Shown here: positions 61,763-64,000 of the stretch, piece after piece
Layout: every line of letters begins with the position of its first letter
Position numbering within the stretch: the stretch's first letter is position 1
Assembly (NCBI GenBank): GCA_040904565.1
Contig: JBBDTI010000075.1
Coordinates: 42,408 to 106,407, forward strand
Length of the DNA stretch: 64,000 nt
Direction of reading: 5' to 3'
From: Rhodothermales bacterium
GTDB lineage: Bacteria > Bacteroidota > Rhodothermia > Rhodothermales > VXPQ01
Notes under the pieces: model-generated
Databases searched by the model: none
Seen by the model: the letters and a program-made list of their open reading frames with translations, nothing else
What the model was told of the DNA's origin: nothing
Made by a program: the position numbers and the translations under genes

Positions 61763-63946
61763 CTATCGGCGGCCTCCGCTCCGGTCATCCTGACCGTTCC
61801 CCTTCGGCTCTACGAATGCCTTCCGGCTCAATCGCAGTTTGCCGTCGTTGCGGACTTCGATGAGCTCCACCTTCACCTTATCGCCCACCTGGAGGTAATC
61901 CTCCACGTTTTCGACGTAGCCGTGATCGAGTTCGGAGATGTGAAGCAATCCTTCCTTGCCGGGAAGGATCTCAATGATCGCCCCGAAGCCGAGAATATTC
62001 TTCACCGTACCCTCGTAGATCTCACCCGGCTCCGGAACGGCGACGATACCCTTAACAATATCGATGGCGGCCTGCGCGTCGGCCTGATTCGTCGCCGCGA
62101 TGGTGATGTAGCCCTTCCCATCACGCTCTTCGAGCTCGAGCGACGTGTTGGTGTCGCGCTGGATACCCTGAATGATCTTGCCACCCGGACCGATAACCGC
62201 ACCGATGAATTCGGCGTCGATGGCAATCTGCGTAAGGCGGGGCGCATAGGGAGACAGCTCCGGACTGGGCTCGGAAATCGTCTCTTCCATCACATTGAGA
62301 ATGTGAGACCGCGCATCGCGGGCCTGGGCCAGGGCGCGGCGCAGCACCTCTCGGTCGAGGCCGGCGATCTTGATGTCCATCTGGCAGGCGGTCACGCCGT
62401 CTCGCGTACCCGTCAGCTTGAAGTCCATATCACCGAGGTGATCCTCCGTCCCGAGGATATCCGTCAGGATGGCCGTACGCTCGCCCTCGCTGACGAGCCC
62501 CATGGCAATGCCTGCGACGGGTTTGCGGAGGGGAACACCTGCATCCATGAGTGCCATAGAGCCCGAACAAACGGACGCCATGGAGGACGAACCGTTCGAC
62601 TCCAGTACGTCCGCGTTGATACGGATCGTATAGGGGAACTCTTCTTCCGTCGGAAGAACGTACTGCAGGGCCCGCTCCGCGAGCATGCCGTGTCCGATCT
62701 CACGGCGGCTCGCGCCGCGGAGAAACTTCGCCTCCCCCGTACAGAACGGCGGGAAATTATAGTGCAGGTAGAAGCGCTTGTCCTCCGTATCGAAGACCTG
62801 GTCCACGGCCTGCACGTCACGGCCGGTTCCGAGCGTGATCGATGCAAGGACCTGCGTTTCTCCGCGCGTGAAGATCGCTGAACCGTGGACGCGCGGCAGA
62901 TAGCCGGTCTCCGTCCAGATGTCGCGTACCTCGTCCAGGCGGCGCCCGTCGAGGCGGCGGCCTTCATCGAGGATCATCTCACGCATATCCTGTTTCTCGG
63001 CCACGCTCACCGCTTGACGGATCTGTGACTCGGTATAGCCCTCTTCCGTCGCATCGGCACGCGTCCGCCCGCTTTCCGGATCGTCCTCTCCGAGAAATTC
63101 CGAAACGACCGATTCCTTGATCTCGCTGATTCCGTCGTAAAAGGTGTTCTTGTCGTACGGTTTGCGGAGGTGATCCTTGATCCGACCGCCGAGCGCTTCC
63201 CTCACGCGCTCCACGATACCGTCCGGCAGCGTAACGAGATCGGGCTCGAACGGGGTAGTCCGCCCATATTCTTCCACGAGCTCGTGCTGGGCGCGGCACA
63301 GCGTCTTGATGGCTGCGTGCGCCACGTCGAGGGCTTCGAGCAGCTCATCCTCGCTGATCTCTTCCATCTCGCCTTCGACCATCATGATGGCGTCTTCCTT
63401 TCCGGCGACGACGAGATCGATGTCGCCTTCCTCGGTCTGTTCCATCGTCGGGTTAACGACGAACCGGCCGTCGACGCGTCCGACGCGAACTTCCGCGATG
63501 GGTCCGTCGAAGGGCGCACCGCCGATCATCAGGGCTGCCGAGGCTCCGACGCCTGCCAGCACATCCGCGTCGTACTCATCGTCGGCCGAAATGACGTACG
63601 CGATGATCTGCGTCTCGTGGAGGAAGCCGTCCGGAAAGAGCGGCCGGATGGCGCGGTCGATCAGACGGCAGGAGAGCACCTCTTTATCCGTCGGCCGCCC
63701 CTCCCGCTTGATAAACCCGCCGGGAATCTTGCCTCCGGCAGAAAACTTCTCCCGATAGTCTACGGTGAGTGGAAACCAGCTCTGGCCTGTCTTTACGTTC
63801 TTCGACATGACGGCGGTGCACAGCACCATCGTCTCACCCTGACGCACGACGACGGCACCGTCGGCCTGTTTGGCAAGACGTCCCGTTTCCAACGTGATCG
63901 TCTTACCGGGTGCGATTTCAATCTCCTTCCGAATTGCTTCTTCCAT
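61763..63946 (-). CDS. pnp: Polyribonucleotide nucleotidyltransferase
   Basis: ETGRLAKQADG, GGFIKREG, FTRGETQ, RREIGHG, SNGSSSMASVC, GDMDFK; KH and S1 domains. Confidence 0.98.
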   Translation of the reverse strand: MEEAIRKEIEIAPGKTITLETGRLAKQADGAVVVRQGETMVLCTAVMSKNVKTGQSWFPLTVDYREKFSAGGKIPGGFIKREGRPTDKEVLSCRLIDRAIRPLFPDGFLHETQIIAYVISADDEYDADVLAGVGASAALMIGGAPFDGPIAEVRVGRVDGRFVVNPTMEQTEEGDIDLVVAGKEDAIMMVEGEMEEISEDELLEALDVAHAAIKTLCRAQHELVEEYGRTTPFEPDLVTLPDGIVERVREALGGRIKDHLRKPYDKNTFYDGISEIKESVVSEFLGEDDPESGRTRADATEEGYTESQIRQAVSVAEKQDMREMILDEGRRLDGRRLDEVRDIWTETGYLPRVHGSAIFTRGETQVLASITLGTGRDVQAVDQVFDTEDKRFYLHYNFPPFCTGEAKFLRGASRREIGHGMLAERALQYVLPTEEEFPYTIRINADVLESNGSSSMASVCSGSMALMDAGVPLRKPVAGIAMGLVSEGERTAILTDILGTEDHLGDMDFKLTGTRDGVTACQMDIKIAGLDREVLRRALAQARDARSHILNVMEETISEPSPELSPYAPRLTQIAIDAEFIGAVIGPGGKIIQGIQRDTNTSLELEERDGKGYITIAATNQADAQAAIDIVKGIVAVPEPGEIYEGTVKNILGFGAIIEILPGKEGLLHISELDHGYVENVEDYLQVGDKVKVELIEVRNDGKLRLSRKAFVEPKGNGQDDRSGGRR

Positions 63947-64000
63947 CTTCCTTTCGCTCTCCGTAATCGTCTTTTGATATTTACCTGTCTGTCGACCTGT

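Overview
GC-rich bacterial chromosomal segment. Gene content suggests Rhodothermales/Bacteroidota-Chlorobi relatives (inference from the GlnRS-YqeY fusion and the beta-propeller/Y_Y_Y sensor kinase). About 60 CDS, mostly housekeeping: proBA, hemACD, thiE, pruA, moaDE, purC, copZ-csoR-copA, miaA, glnS, can, lspA, guaB, rluB, scpAB, pnp. I saw no rRNA, tRNA or CRISPR array. Top candidate system: a lone tyrosine recombinase (30362-31309, minus) with a perfectly symmetric 11-6-11 bp dif-like site (ATGTAACATAA-TTAGTG-TTATGTTACAT, 31361-31388) 51 bp upstream. The site lies where gene orientation switches from mostly + to mostly -, so this may be a single-subunit Xer/dif dimer-resolution system. Second candidate: the ~1 kb gap divergent from a propeller histidine kinase/LuxR pair. 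It holds three 22-bp-phased boxes, a 57-aa lipoprotein missing from the ORF track, and a chain of hairpins ending in a strong terminator. Also notable: a four-site TetR operator array, a GT87-like/methyltransferase fusion, and a possible ATC start for yhbY. All calls are from visual motif recognition; no database search was run.
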